A DNA stretch of 64,000 nucleotides from Vicugna vicugna (Eukaryota): the NCBI GenBank assembly GCA_013265495.1, contig MU062074.1:62001-126000 (forward strand). Direction: 5' to 3'. How positions within the stretch are numbered: position 1 is the stretch's first letter; every line of letters starts with the position of its first letter. Below, one piece after another: positions 1 through 23,130 of the stretch. Under the pieces are notes generated by a model, which worked only from the letters and a program-made list of their open reading frames with translations, searched no databases and had not been told where the DNA came from. Position numbers and translations under genes: made by a program.

Positions 1-12
1 TCTTTGTATATC

Positions 13-860
13 AAAAAAGATATCCAAATGGCCAATAAGCTCATGAAAAGATGCTCAACCTCATTGGTCACCAAGGAAATGCAAAACAAAACGAGATACC
101 ATTTCAAACCCACTAGGATGGCTGGAAACAAAAAGTCAGGTAACAACAAGTGTTGGTGAGGATGTGGAGACATTGGAACCCTCATACACCTGCTGATGGG
201 AATGTAAAATGGTGCAGCTACTTTGGAAAGCAGTTTGGTCATTTTTCTTAAAATGTTCAAAATGGAGTTATCACATGTCCCAGCAATTCCACTCCTAGGT
301 GGAAGGGGAATAAAGAGGTATTCACACAAAAACTTAAAGGCAAATGCTGTAGCAGCATTATTCACAACAGCCTAAAGATGGAAACAACCCAAATGTCCAC
401 CAGTTGATGAATGGAAAAATAAATTGTGGTATATCCAAGTCATGGGGTATTATTTGGCCCCAGAAAGAAATGGAGTCCTGATAACTTGCTACAATATGGA
501 TGAACCTTGAAAACAGTATGCTCAGTATGAAAGAACCTAGACACAAAAGATGTTCATACATTTACATGAGAAGTTCAGAACAGGGAAATCTGAAGTCAGA
601 AAGTTGATTACTGGGTGCCAGGGGCTGGGGCGGGAGGAGGGGCACGGGGGTGGTTGAGGGACAGACTGGGTAGTGACTGTTAATGGGCACATGGGGGTTT
701 GCTTTCCGGGCGACTGAACACTTTTTGGAATTGATAGTTGGGATGGTTGCATAACTTTGTGATCATATTAAAAGTCATTGAATGTTACCCTTTAAATGAG
801 TGACTTATATGGTAAATGAATCACATCTCAATAAAGCTGTTTAGAAAGAAAAGGAAAAAG
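13..860 (+). mobile_element. LINE-1 (L1M-type) ORF2 3' end and 3' UTR fragment
   Basis: Typical L1 3' motifs (atgaaaagatgctcaacc...gaaatgcaaa...cactaggatggct; ggaaacaacccaaatgtcc) ending in aataaa and an A-rich tail at ~830-860. Subfamily not determined. Confidence 0.85.
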
Positions 861-949
861 AAACCAAGGGAATGCAAACCCCAGATTCAGGGCCAAGGAG
901 GACGCTGGGGAAGGGGCCAGGGGTAAATGGCTGGATATTTGCAGGTTAT

Positions 950-1800
950 TAGGCGCGGGCCCTCCAGATTACGGACCCTCACGGGGAGAGTGTTCTGAAC
1001 AAGAACCGCGGGTCCTCGGCCGGTGCGCGCCTGGAGGGCCGGGACATGCGAGGCCGCGCACCCGCAGCAGGTGGCCCGGGACGCGCCTCGGAGCGCGGGG
1101 GCCGGGCAGGGCGGGGCGGGGTCTGCGCGTGCCCGAGGCTGCCGCGCGCACCCGGGGCCCTAGGGGGTGTGGCGCGGGGGCGCGCGGGTCCCAGGGTTGC
1201 CCGAGGCAGCGGGCCGGGGGGAGGGGGAAAGGCGCGCGCCGCGGGCGCGGCCATTGCGCCGGGGGAGTCGGCTCGCTGGGCCGGGACCCCAGCCGCTCAG
1301 AGAGGCACGGGCGGCGCCCTGGGCCTCTCCCCGGCCCCGGGGAGAAGGGGCCCCAGCCCGCGAGCCCTCCCGCTCGGCCCTCCCTGGGCGCCCCTGCCCG
1401 ACGCGGTGGTACGGTCCGGATTTAAAAGGCCCCGGCGGCCGCGGGCCGGCCCAGTGTGTGGGCGGCGGCGGCGCTGGCGGGCGGGGTGTAGGCCGTGGGG
1501 CGCGGCGGCGGGGGCGCGCGAGCGGGGCCGGTGTGGGGCTCGAAGGCGCGTCCACGTGGCCCGCAGCCGGCCACCGGGAGCCAGCGGCGGCGAAGGGACA
1601 GGTAGGTGGCCACCATCCCCCGCCGCCTGTGCAGAGCCAGCCTGCTGGGCGGCCGGGGGGCTCCAGCAGCCAAGGGGGTCAGCTCGGCCTCGAAAGGGTC
1701 GCGGGCCCTGTCCCTGCCTCTCCGGCGCCGGCCCGACTGGTCCTTCGTGCCCGACGCCAGTAGGGACGGCCTGTCCGTGGCCAGCCCCCTGCCTGATGGG
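950..1800 (+). promoter_or_regulatory. PLXNA3: PLXNA3 CpG-island promoter and non-coding exon 1 (ends 1601)
   Basis: Dense CpG, GC boxes (ggggcgggg ~1110-1120), TATA-like tttaaaa at 1421-1427, donor AG|GTAGGT at 1601/1602. Exon 2 acceptor ttag| at 3454/3455. Confidence 0.75.
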
Positions 1801-3481
1801 GACCCTTTGTGGCGGAGGAGCGGCTCCTGCAAGGGCTGCTGTGGCGCCTCCATCCAGTAGGCTTCCCGTGGGTCTGCCGAGGGGGTGCCCCTGGTGGGGG
1901 CAGGGCGAGCTGGGCCAGCAGCACCGAGGAAGGCATTGGGGAGCCGGCGCTAGAGCCTGGTCTCTACGAGAGTCTGCTCCCATCCTCGGGCTCTGCTGCC
2001 AGGGTTATAGCAGAGAGATTGGGTGTGCTTTTGATGCCCCAAATTTCCACTTACAGGCTGAGGTTTAGGATAGGCACTTGGGCTGCAAATCCTGCCTCTC
2101 CAGGTCTCCCTCCCGACCTGTCCTATCCCCATTCTTAGACTTTTATTCGTGTGCGGTGTGGAGGAGGTGAGGGTGGCATGAGGCCTCCCTTCTCTGTCTT
2201 CCTTTCTTCTCTGGCTGTTGCATCCAGGGGTCCAAGATGCGGACCTGACAAAAGAGCCCTGGATAGATGATCAGTCTGAGCTGAAACTTTGCAGTTTCAA
2301 GCTGGTTCTGCGCCTTGTTCTAGTATATACATATTTTCTTTTTTCTGTGCCCCCTTGGTTTGGTTCCCTGCACCCCACCAAGCTGGGTACCTTGTGTGTC
2401 CCTTGGGGCTTGGGCACTGCAAGGGTATTGCTGAGCCCTGCCCCGTTGGCTGTCACGACACTGCTCTGCTGTCTTTGCTGCCTGGAGCTGGCTGAGGCCT
2501 GGGTGTGGCCTAGGAGTGAAGACCCAGCCAAGCCCAGTACTGCTCCTGTGGCCCACCCGCCCCATCTCTGCAAGGTCTTGGCTGTATTTGAGAATGTTGC
2601 ACCCTTTCCATAGGGCAATGTGGGCCCCCCTGCATCCCCCCTTCTCCAGCTGACCTCTGGATTTGGAGGGAGAGCCGTGTAGGGCTGCATGGCCATTTGT
2701 CTGGCTGTGCCCAAGCAGAGCCTGACTTATGTCCGTCTCCGTGCTTGGCTGTGGGGGCAGGCTCGACTCGGCTTTGTGTTGCAGCCAGGAAGCCAGATAG
2801 CAGGCTCCTGGTCAGCCAGCAGAGGGAGGCCCTTGGGGTGAGGAGGCAGCTGGGGCCAGGAACGTGGATGTGGAGTCCCTTGGTCCCTTCTGGTCTCAGG
2901 CTTTGATGCCTCTGCCCTCTGCCCCAGGGTTGTGTCCTAACACTCCCCCACATTTGCTATTGTTCTCTCCCTATGTTTTCCCCTTCCCCCAACTAGGATG
3001 TGGGGCGTGTTCCTGGCCTTGGCTTGCCTGCCATTTGCTCTTGTGTGCAGTTGCTCTTGTGTGCGGCCGTCCACCCTCAGCTCTGTGATCTGGTGTTTGG
3101 GTTCTTCCAGGAGAGTCTCCCACCCTGCCTTTCCTGGCATCTGGCTCTGCTGCCCCCTTGGGTGTGGCCCAGCTGAGGCGAGGCCTCCTGGCTCCTTTCC
3201 AGCAGTGGGTGGGGGATGATTGATGGCCCCCAAGCCTGCCCGCGCTTGCTGCTCACTCGTGCGCCCTGCTGGAGGCCCCTCCTCTCCATCAGCCATGGTC
3301 ACCGTCTGGGGCTCTGGTGTGGTGGTGGGTGAGTGGCCTCTACCCTCTGTGGCATGGCTCTCAGCCTGCCGGGGGCCCTAGACCAGGCAGGGTCGGGAGA
3401 GGGTGGGCATCCCGGGTTGGGGGCTTCTGACTCACACTCATTGTCTCTCCTTAGGCCCGTCTCTGGGTGCAGCCACCGGCC

Positions 3482-15992
<12,511 letters not shown>

Positions 15993-16925
15993 GGGTGGCG
16001 GAACCGGTGAGGAGGGGGCTTCTCAGTCCTGAGCCGTCTTCGCGTCCCTCCCGGGAAGGGGGCGTCTCACGCCTGGGTCTCGGGCTGAGCCCTGGACCCG
16101 GGGTGCAGGAAAGGACATCGGGCCAAGATGCCCCCGGCGCCCCGGGTCCCCTTCATTAGTGCCTTGCCTTGGGCCCTGTGTGGGGAGGGGTGACAGGACT
16201 AAGCCCCCCACCCCGGCAGCAGCAATACCCCCCGCCCTCGTGCGCAGGCGTCGTGACGGCCCCTGACCCCTTTACTATTTATACCCCGACCACCTATTTA
16301 TTTAATTTATCTCTCCTCACCATCTCCATCTGTGAATCCCCGCCCCCAACGCCCTCCCCGGGGATGCTCCAAGATACACGCACCTCCTCTCCGTGCGCCC
16401 CCTGGCTCCCCTGTGACAGTCAGCCTTGGCCTGGCCTCTGGCCCCTCACCCTGGCCGGGGCTGCCCCCACCCACTCCGAGAGGGGGCCTGGGCACCAGCA
16501 GCACTCCGGGTGGGTGATGACCCCGAAGCTGCCCTCCGACGGTGGCTGTGCCAAGGGGGGGCCGAGGAAGCCCCTCCAAGCCTCTCGGGGATGGGACTGG
16601 AAACTCCTCCCAGGGCCCTGTTCTCCCTGAGCGCCTCGGGAGCTGTAACCAGGCTCGTCCGTCCGGGGCCTGCCCCTCCTTCTCCGGGCCCGACCTCCAC
16701 ATCCCTCCGTGTGGTCTGCGCGCGCCCAGACCCTCCCCCTCCGCTGCCCTGTCCCGTCCTGGGCCTGCCCGAGGGGCCGGGGCCGAGGCGGCAGTGCCTT
16801 ACTCCTTTGCTCTTCTGCCTCCTCTGAGGAAGCGGACCCCGTCCCGTGGGCCTGGACACCCAGTTTGCTCCTTTTTTCCTTCTTGCATGAGGATTTCTTT
16901 GTCTATGTAATTTTTTTTCCCTCCA

Positions 16926-16931
16926 ATTAAA
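16926..16931 (+). terminator. PLXNA3: PLXNA3 poly(A) signal ATTAAA
   Basis: ATTAAA after a U-rich stretch, ~940 nt past the stop, with GT-rich sequence downstream. Confidence 0.65.
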
Positions 16932-18589
16932 GTTGCGAGAATGCAGCCGGTGTGCGCCTCTGTCGGGGGGTGGGGGGAGGTGGCTGTTCCAGGCACGTGG
17001 GAGCAGGTGGGGAGACGGTTGGACTCTGGCTCAGCTGGACCCACTGTGCGGGAGGAAGGGTGACTCACTGCAGGGTTTCTGAGGATTTGAGGAGGTCCAG
17101 GGCCCTGCCACTCCATCAGCAAGTCCTGGTGGCTCCATCTTCCAGGTCCATTCAGTCTGTTTCTTTCTCCCCACCTCCACGGCCCCTAGACGGGTCCAGG
17201 CCGCCCTTGTCTCTTACCTGGAAGCCAGTGTCCCCGTTCCTGCCCCGGCTTTGTCTTTGTCTCTGAGTGAGAGGGGAGCCTGAGGGGTTTGGAACAGAGG
17301 AGCTTTGTGACCTGACTTAGGTGTTAAAGCCTCCAGCACCTTGTGAGGTCCACCCGTGGGTGGAGTCATGGCAGCAGACCATGGTGGCAGATACACAACT
17401 CTGTGTTTGCTGAAACTCCTAATTTACAGTATGGAAGTCAGACCGGGCTCAACCTGACTTCAAACACAAACAAGTAAACACAGAGAGGAGGTAAAAGAAT
17501 ACAGCGATGTGGTGTGGTTCAGGATCAGGTGTCAAGCCCTGACCAGGGACGTCCCAAGACAAAGCTGTGCAGGCAGGCGGCCCAGAGAAAACCAGACAGG
17601 AAGGGGAGAGAACTCGCCGAGGAAGATAGCCTTAAAACGACCAGTATGTGGTTACAGAAACTAAGCCAATGGAGAAAACAAGGTCATTTTTAACTTCAAG
17701 GGAAAAAGAAACCCCAGTAAATGAAGAGAACAAAACCATTTGGGGAGGAGAGGGAGGGGAAACGGGGCAGTGGCATGAAAGAGCTTAATTCTCACCTCCC
17801 CGTCAAGAAGCGAGGTCTTAAAAAATGATTTTTTAAAAAGGGAGAAAGAAAAAGAACCTCACTGAAGCCACCACAGCTGCTGCACGCAGTCAGGTGAGAC
17901 TCTCCATCACCGTCGTCACATCACGACCACCGCCACCATCCCCACCGACAGCACCTCCCTCCCTCCAGCCCACGTCAGGGTGCTCCAGGTTCTGTAAGGC
18001 AGGCTGTTCACCTGTGTGGAGTGACAGGGACCGGATCTGCCCTGCCACTTAACCTGAAAGAACTCCCTAAAACCAGGCAAAATACATGAAACACAGGCTG
18101 TGAGGAGGGTGGCTGTCGGGTGGGGAAGGACAGTCAGGGCTCTCTGGGAGACGAGAAAGGAAGAGGGAAGCCGTGCACTGGCCCCAGCTCACTGTCCCAG
18201 AGACCTTCCAGACGGAGTCCAGCCGGCTCCCTGGGTCTGGGGCCAGCCTGGTGGGCGGAGGACCGGAGAGGAGGGAGCCCTGCACCCGGGCAGAGGGTCC
18301 GACGGGAGGACACACAGACCACAGAGCAGCACAGGCTCCTGAGGAAACTGTGAGGCCGGGGACTGGGCCACCCCAATGGATGAAAGGTAACTATGCCCAG
18401 CGCTCAAGCAAGACAGGGACTTGCAGCTGTCCCCGCCGGCCAGAAGGGCAAACCTCGCCATTCAACAGGCATCGGGCCAGGGCTCAGAAGGGTGGACAAA
18501 AGATGGCTCCTCCACTGAAAGCCGCTCTGGTCCCAGGCAGCAGACCTTGAAAGACTCAAGGATCCGACTGTTCCCAGTAGTCTACCAGC

Positions 18590-18890
18590 ATCCCGGAACA
18601 AAGCTCGAAAAGGATGTCTAAGAATACAAAGACATCCAGCAACCACCCAAGGGCAAAGGCTCAGTGTCTGACACTGAATCAAAAACTACCAGGGGATACA
18701 GAGCAGGAAAATCCAACCCTTAACTAGGAGTGAAATTGATCGCTGAACGGCCTCCAGATTGGAAAGGAAGAGGTAACACTGCCTTCATTCCGAGAAGACA
18801 TGATCACGTACGGGGAACACCCAACGGCAGCTACAAAAGAGCTACTAGAATAAGTGAGTTTAGCAAGGCTGCAGGATATGACATCTTTTC
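18590..18890 (+). mobile_element. Degraded L1 fragments (5' region plus ORF2 piece)
   Basis: gacatgatcacgtac...ctacaaaagagctactagaataagtgagtttagcaaggctgcaggata resembles L1 ORF2. Confidence 0.6.
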
Positions 18891-19052
18891 CCAGGAGCCA
18901 CCTCCTTCTAACTAAAGGCTTAAACCATGGTCCCAGCACTTTTTCTTCACTGGCCTGCTCTCAGGCCAGTGAGCCACAAAGCTCCTACTGTGGTGTTTCC
19001 GGGTTGTTTCCTCTTCTCAAGCAAACCAAGTTTTTAAAAAATTTTGCCGAGG

Positions 19053-19195
19053 CTGGGAGGGTTTTGCTCAGTGGTAGAGTGCCTGCTTAGCATACTCGAG
19101 GTACTGGGTTCAATCCCCAGTACCTCCATTAAGAAACAAACAAACAAACAAACAAACAAACCTAGTTACCCCCCCAGCCCCCAATTTTTTTTTTT
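19053..19195 (+). mobile_element. tRNA-derived SINE, copy 1, with 13-bp target-site duplication
   Basis: A-box gctcagtggtagag, B-box gggttcaatccc, (CAAA)n, cctagttaccccc tail. TSD aattttgccgagg at 19040-19052 and 19196-19208. Confidence 0.9.
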
Positions 19196-19209
19196 AATTT
19201 TGCCGAGGA

Positions 19210-19680
19210 GACGCAGTGGTGACAAGGATGTGGGCAACCAGCATTCTGGTGGGACAGCACATTTTCTGGAGAGCAATTCCTCACTTCAGATTGAGAACTG
19301 TAAACATTTAACCAATTCTACCTCTTTTAACCTATCTTAAGAATCATTCATGCAAAGATTTATACACAAGAATTCCACTGAATCTTTACTTATAATATGT
19401 CAAAAATTGACAGTGATTTAAATGCTCAATAATGTTATCTTTTACGTATCCCTTCAATAATGCTTTCGAAGAATTGTTAGGGAAAAAAGTTCACGTTAGA
19501 TGAAAAATATCAGGAAAAATGCTAAGCTTGCAAAATATATATTACTGTTATACATTTGGTATATAAATACGACTATAAAACTAAGGAAATGTTCCAAAAT
19601 GGTGACAGTAGTTAATACTGAGTGACAGGACGTCTCTTCTTCCACATCTTAAACTGTCTTCAATTACGTTGTGCTATTTG
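19210..19680 (+). mobile_element. Old L1 (L1ME-like) 3' fragment
   Basis: AT-rich; gacaaggatgtgggcaac...tgcaaagatttatacacaag resembles a decayed L1 3' region. Confidence 0.5.
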
Positions 19681-19979
19681 AAAATCTGGGTCCCAGAACC
19701 TCCCCTCCAACCAGAGGACAAAGGCAGGAACATTTGGAGGTGCCACAGTTGAAAACGAATTCAGACACAGCATCATAGCTCAGTGTTATTTTCTGTAGTT
19801 AATAAGCATTTAAGCACCAAACCAACCAAGGGGACCCTGAGCGCCCAAGCGCCAGTACAGGCAAAAGAGGAGGCCCCACAGTGAAGTGGCTACTACTGTG
19901 GGGGTCACCCCCCTAGGAAGGATGCGCTGTCTAGGAAGGGACACAAGGTTTGACCTTAACCTCCTTCCCCCTCCCTGGC

Positions 19980-21010
19980 TTAGCGGGAAACAGGGGGCCC
20001 AAAGCGCTGCAGGGTCCGCATCACCAGAGCTAGCTGGTCCAGAAAGTTGACGATGGAAATTCGCAGGAGGCGGGAATCTTCAGCTCTCCAGCGGCTGAAA
20101 GGGAGGGAAAAAGAAAATCCAGTTGGAGGGAGGTGCCAAGTCCCACCGTCCCCGCCCTGCTCGTCTATGACCCTGAGCCCTTTGCCATCTCCCTTAGAGT
20201 GCCCCTCAGGTGGAGCTGGGTGCAGCGCACCGGGTCACCTCCCTAGGCCCAACCCTTGAGTGGCCCCACGTTGCCAATCGAGCGCCCCTCCGGGCAGACC
20301 CGGCCACCTGCCGCCCCTCCCCATCAGCCCCTTCTAGAACTTACACCGCCAGGAGGCTGCCGCTGACTGCGAGCTCCTTCCGAACCGCCCCTCGGTGGGG
20401 TTCGGCATCTGGGGCCAGGGACCCACGGGCGATCTCCGCCTCCAAGGTGGACGGGAAAGGCACGCCTAGGGCGCTGGCGAGATTCGGTTAAGGCACCATC
20501 CACGTGGCTTCTGTGCGCTGGGCCCTGTCTCCGGCCCCCCCTGACTAGTCCCAGCCCCTTCGGGGCCGCTTCCATCCCACTCCTGGCCCATTCTAATGCA
20601 CCCCAGCCACCCCGGTGCCCCCTGCTCTCATTTTTTCTCCCCCCCGCCATGCCTGGCCCGTACCCCGCAGCCCGAGTCCCCCTTCTCCCCTTCGCTCCCT
20701 GGCTGCCCCTGACTCATCTGGTCCTCTGTCCCACCTCCCACAGCAGGCAGCCCCCAGCCCGTTCTCCGCTGCCCCCTCGGGCAGGATGCAATTCGTGCAG
20801 TCGGCTTCTCGGCCTTCCGGCCGTGGACATGGGGTTTCCGCCCGGCCCCGAAGTGGACTGTGCTGGCGCTACACGCGGAGCTCCGCCGGCTGCAGCGGCT
20901 GCTACCCCTGCGCCTCCGGGGCTGCCCAGGCCATCCTGACGGTCCCGGGCTCCAGCGCCGCCCGCCGCGCCGCCCGCGCTCGCGTCCGCGTCCGCGCCCG
21001 CCGCCTGCAT
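19980..21010 (-). CDS. LAGE3: L antigen family member 3 (EKC/KEOPS Pcc1 subunit), 154 aa
   Basis: Exons 21010-20790, 20473-20345, 20094-19980 give MQAAGADADASAGG...RLHEF-ALGVPFPSTLEAEIARGSLAPDAEPHRGAVRKELAVSGSLLAV-RWRAEDSRLLRISIVNFLDQLALVMRTLQRFGPPVSR*, clearly LAGE3. Intron 1 is GC-AG with a U12 signature; intron 2 is GT-AG. Confidence 0.93.
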
Positions 21011-21500
21011 GGCTGCCGCGCTCCGCCTCCGACTCCGCCCTCCGGACGCCGGTCGCCTCGCCGCGCCCGCCAGCGGCCGAGAACCCCGGCTCCCCCGTGA
21101 AGCCCCGCCCCCGCGCTGACTCCGCCCCGCCCGCCTGCGCAAGCGGTCCCTCCGCAGCCCCCTCCACCCTTGCCGACCCCACCCCCTTCCCCGCCAGACC
21201 ACGTGTGAGGCCGCCGGGTGCCTGGCCCGGTTCACGCCCTGTCCGTTCCCAACGTCCCCGAGACATGTGACTCCACATGGAAGTGGAAGTGACTTGTGGA
21301 GGGGGGTGGGGTCGGATAGCCCCGGAGGGCTACCGCTCTGCACCCGGCCTCCGTCGCAGGTGTGAGCGGAAAAACCAAAGCAGGCGGTAAAGGGGCCGAC
21401 CGGCCGGGCCGACCGGTTTGCTTTTTAGGAAGAACATTGAGTGGCTTGCGTGGACGTCGAGCCCGCCGGCGGGGACCCCCGCACAGAGGCAAGGAGAGAA
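20780..21500 (-). promoter_or_regulatory. LAGE3: LAGE3 CpG island and promoter
   Basis: Dense CpG over exon 1 and upstream; GC boxes ~21100-21135; E-box cacgtg ~21199-21204. Confidence 0.7.
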
Positions 21501-21839
21501 ATGACAGGGCCTGAACTAAAGTAGTGGCAGGGGAACAGGGCTAATGTCCTATGTGGAACATCAGAATGCAAAACGAAAATCGCTGGGATTCCAATTCAGT
21601 GAGTGACTGCGGATGTGTATAGGAATCCCAGGACAACATGCCAGGGTGTAAAATTACTCGTTCTCTCTGTGTGACGCCATCGTGGGTGATTTTAACTTCT
21701 TTCTTCTGTCTCCCGGCAAGGTTTTGAGAGCGACCTTACGTGGCATTTTTCATCCAAAATAAGGTTTTAAAGTGACGTGAAATTTCCGATGCTGATAGGC
21801 CTGTTACTTTTCTGTTGTCCTCCTTTGTAATCACAAGGA

Positions 21840-22490
21840 AGGACTTGACGCTGAACTGGATCATCAAATCCTGTTGGATCTCCCCTCAAAGTAGGCCCTC
21901 AATCAGCCCACGTCCCTCCCTCTCCATTGCTAGTTCCCAGGGGCAGCCCCCGTACCTCCCCGAACCCTTTGACAGCGTTCTGACTAGTTTTCCTCTATGC
22001 CAGCTCCTCTGCAGCCTGTCCTCCACACAGCAGAATCCGTTCTGAATGTCTAGCATAAGTCATGTCACACCGTGTCCCTGCTTAAAATCCTAAGACACTT
22101 TCCCTTGGCCCTTGGAATCAGATCCAAACTCCCTGTTGTGGCTTATAGAAGCCGGGTGTGACCTGGCTCCCAGCTCCTCCACCCTCTACCCCCACCTGCC
22201 TGCTTCCTCATTCTGTGCAGCCTCTGGGGCCTTCTCTCTGCTCCTGATCAAGGGTGCCCCGCCCCCAGCCCTTTCCACTTACTTCTATTTGGAAGACTCT
22301 GTCCCCAGACTTTCCCATGGCTGTCTCCTTCTTGTCATTAGGATCTTGGCTCCAGTGTCACTTCTGAGAGGCCTTCGGGGTCACCAATCTAGCACGCTAT
22401 CCCCAGGCACACTTCATCACATTTGCCCATTTCAGTTTGCTGCATTTCTAATAATCTGAAATTAAAATTTTGTTTTGTTCACGTCTACAT
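21840..22490 (+). mobile_element. L2 3' fragment
   Basis: ctgcttaaaatcct...cccttggcccttggaatcagatccaaactccct...cttgtcattaggatcttggctccagtgtcacttctgagaggccttc matches the L2 3' consensus pattern. Confidence 0.7.
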
Positions 22491-22619
22491 TGTTGATGGT
22501 ACCTTTTCAGTGCAGTTTATGCAATAGGTGCTGTGTTGCCTGCCAGCTGAAACAGTATTAAGTACAAGACTCAACCACTGCCTTGGGCCTAGCACTCCCA
22601 CAGGCAGGCGGTTCCTTCA

Positions 22620-23130
22620 CACATATGGAACAACCTATGCACAAAGTTACTCACTATAACATAATTCGTAATAGAAAACTGTTGGGTACAGGGCACATGC
22701 CCCACAGCAGCAGGGAGCTGGTGAAATTCATTATGGTACAGTAGTCCTAAGCAGCAGTAGAAAACCATGAAAATCTCTAGTGAAAAATGAATTGATTTCC
22801 AGGATGTGTTGTTATGTGTAAAAAAAAATCAGAATGCAAAGGACACACACAGACACACATACTTATTGGGGGGAAAAAAAAGATTCAGGACAGACAGAGA
22901 ACCTGGAAACTGATGAAAATGACACGGGTATGGGACTTCCTGTAATACATCTTTTTGTGCAGTTTTGACTTTGAACCATGTAAATGATTTATATGTTCAA
23001 AAGTATATTTGAAAGAGTGAAAAAAATCAAGTGCTTACACTGAATAAAAACAAAAGCCAATGAGCCTAACTGCATGTCCAATCGATAACAGAACCACAGA
23101 GAGAAAATAAGTCTGGTACCTTTTAAACTC
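22620..23130 (+). mobile_element. Old L1ME-like 3' fragment
   Basis: ttttgactttgaaccatgtaaatg...aaaagccaatgagcctaactgcatgtc resembles L1ME 3' ends. Confidence 0.5.

Noticed and set aside
969-2138. Many long overlapping ORFs (up to 340 aa) in the PLXNA3 CpG island, and similar ones in the other CpG islands
   Set aside because: Arg/Gly/Pro/Ala low-complexity products in all frames, as expected from stop-codon scarcity at very high GC; no recognisable domains
20714-21343. 209-aa ORF extending LAGE3 upstream
   Set aside because: Starts at a GTG, not an ATG, and reads into intron 1; the real start is ATG 21010
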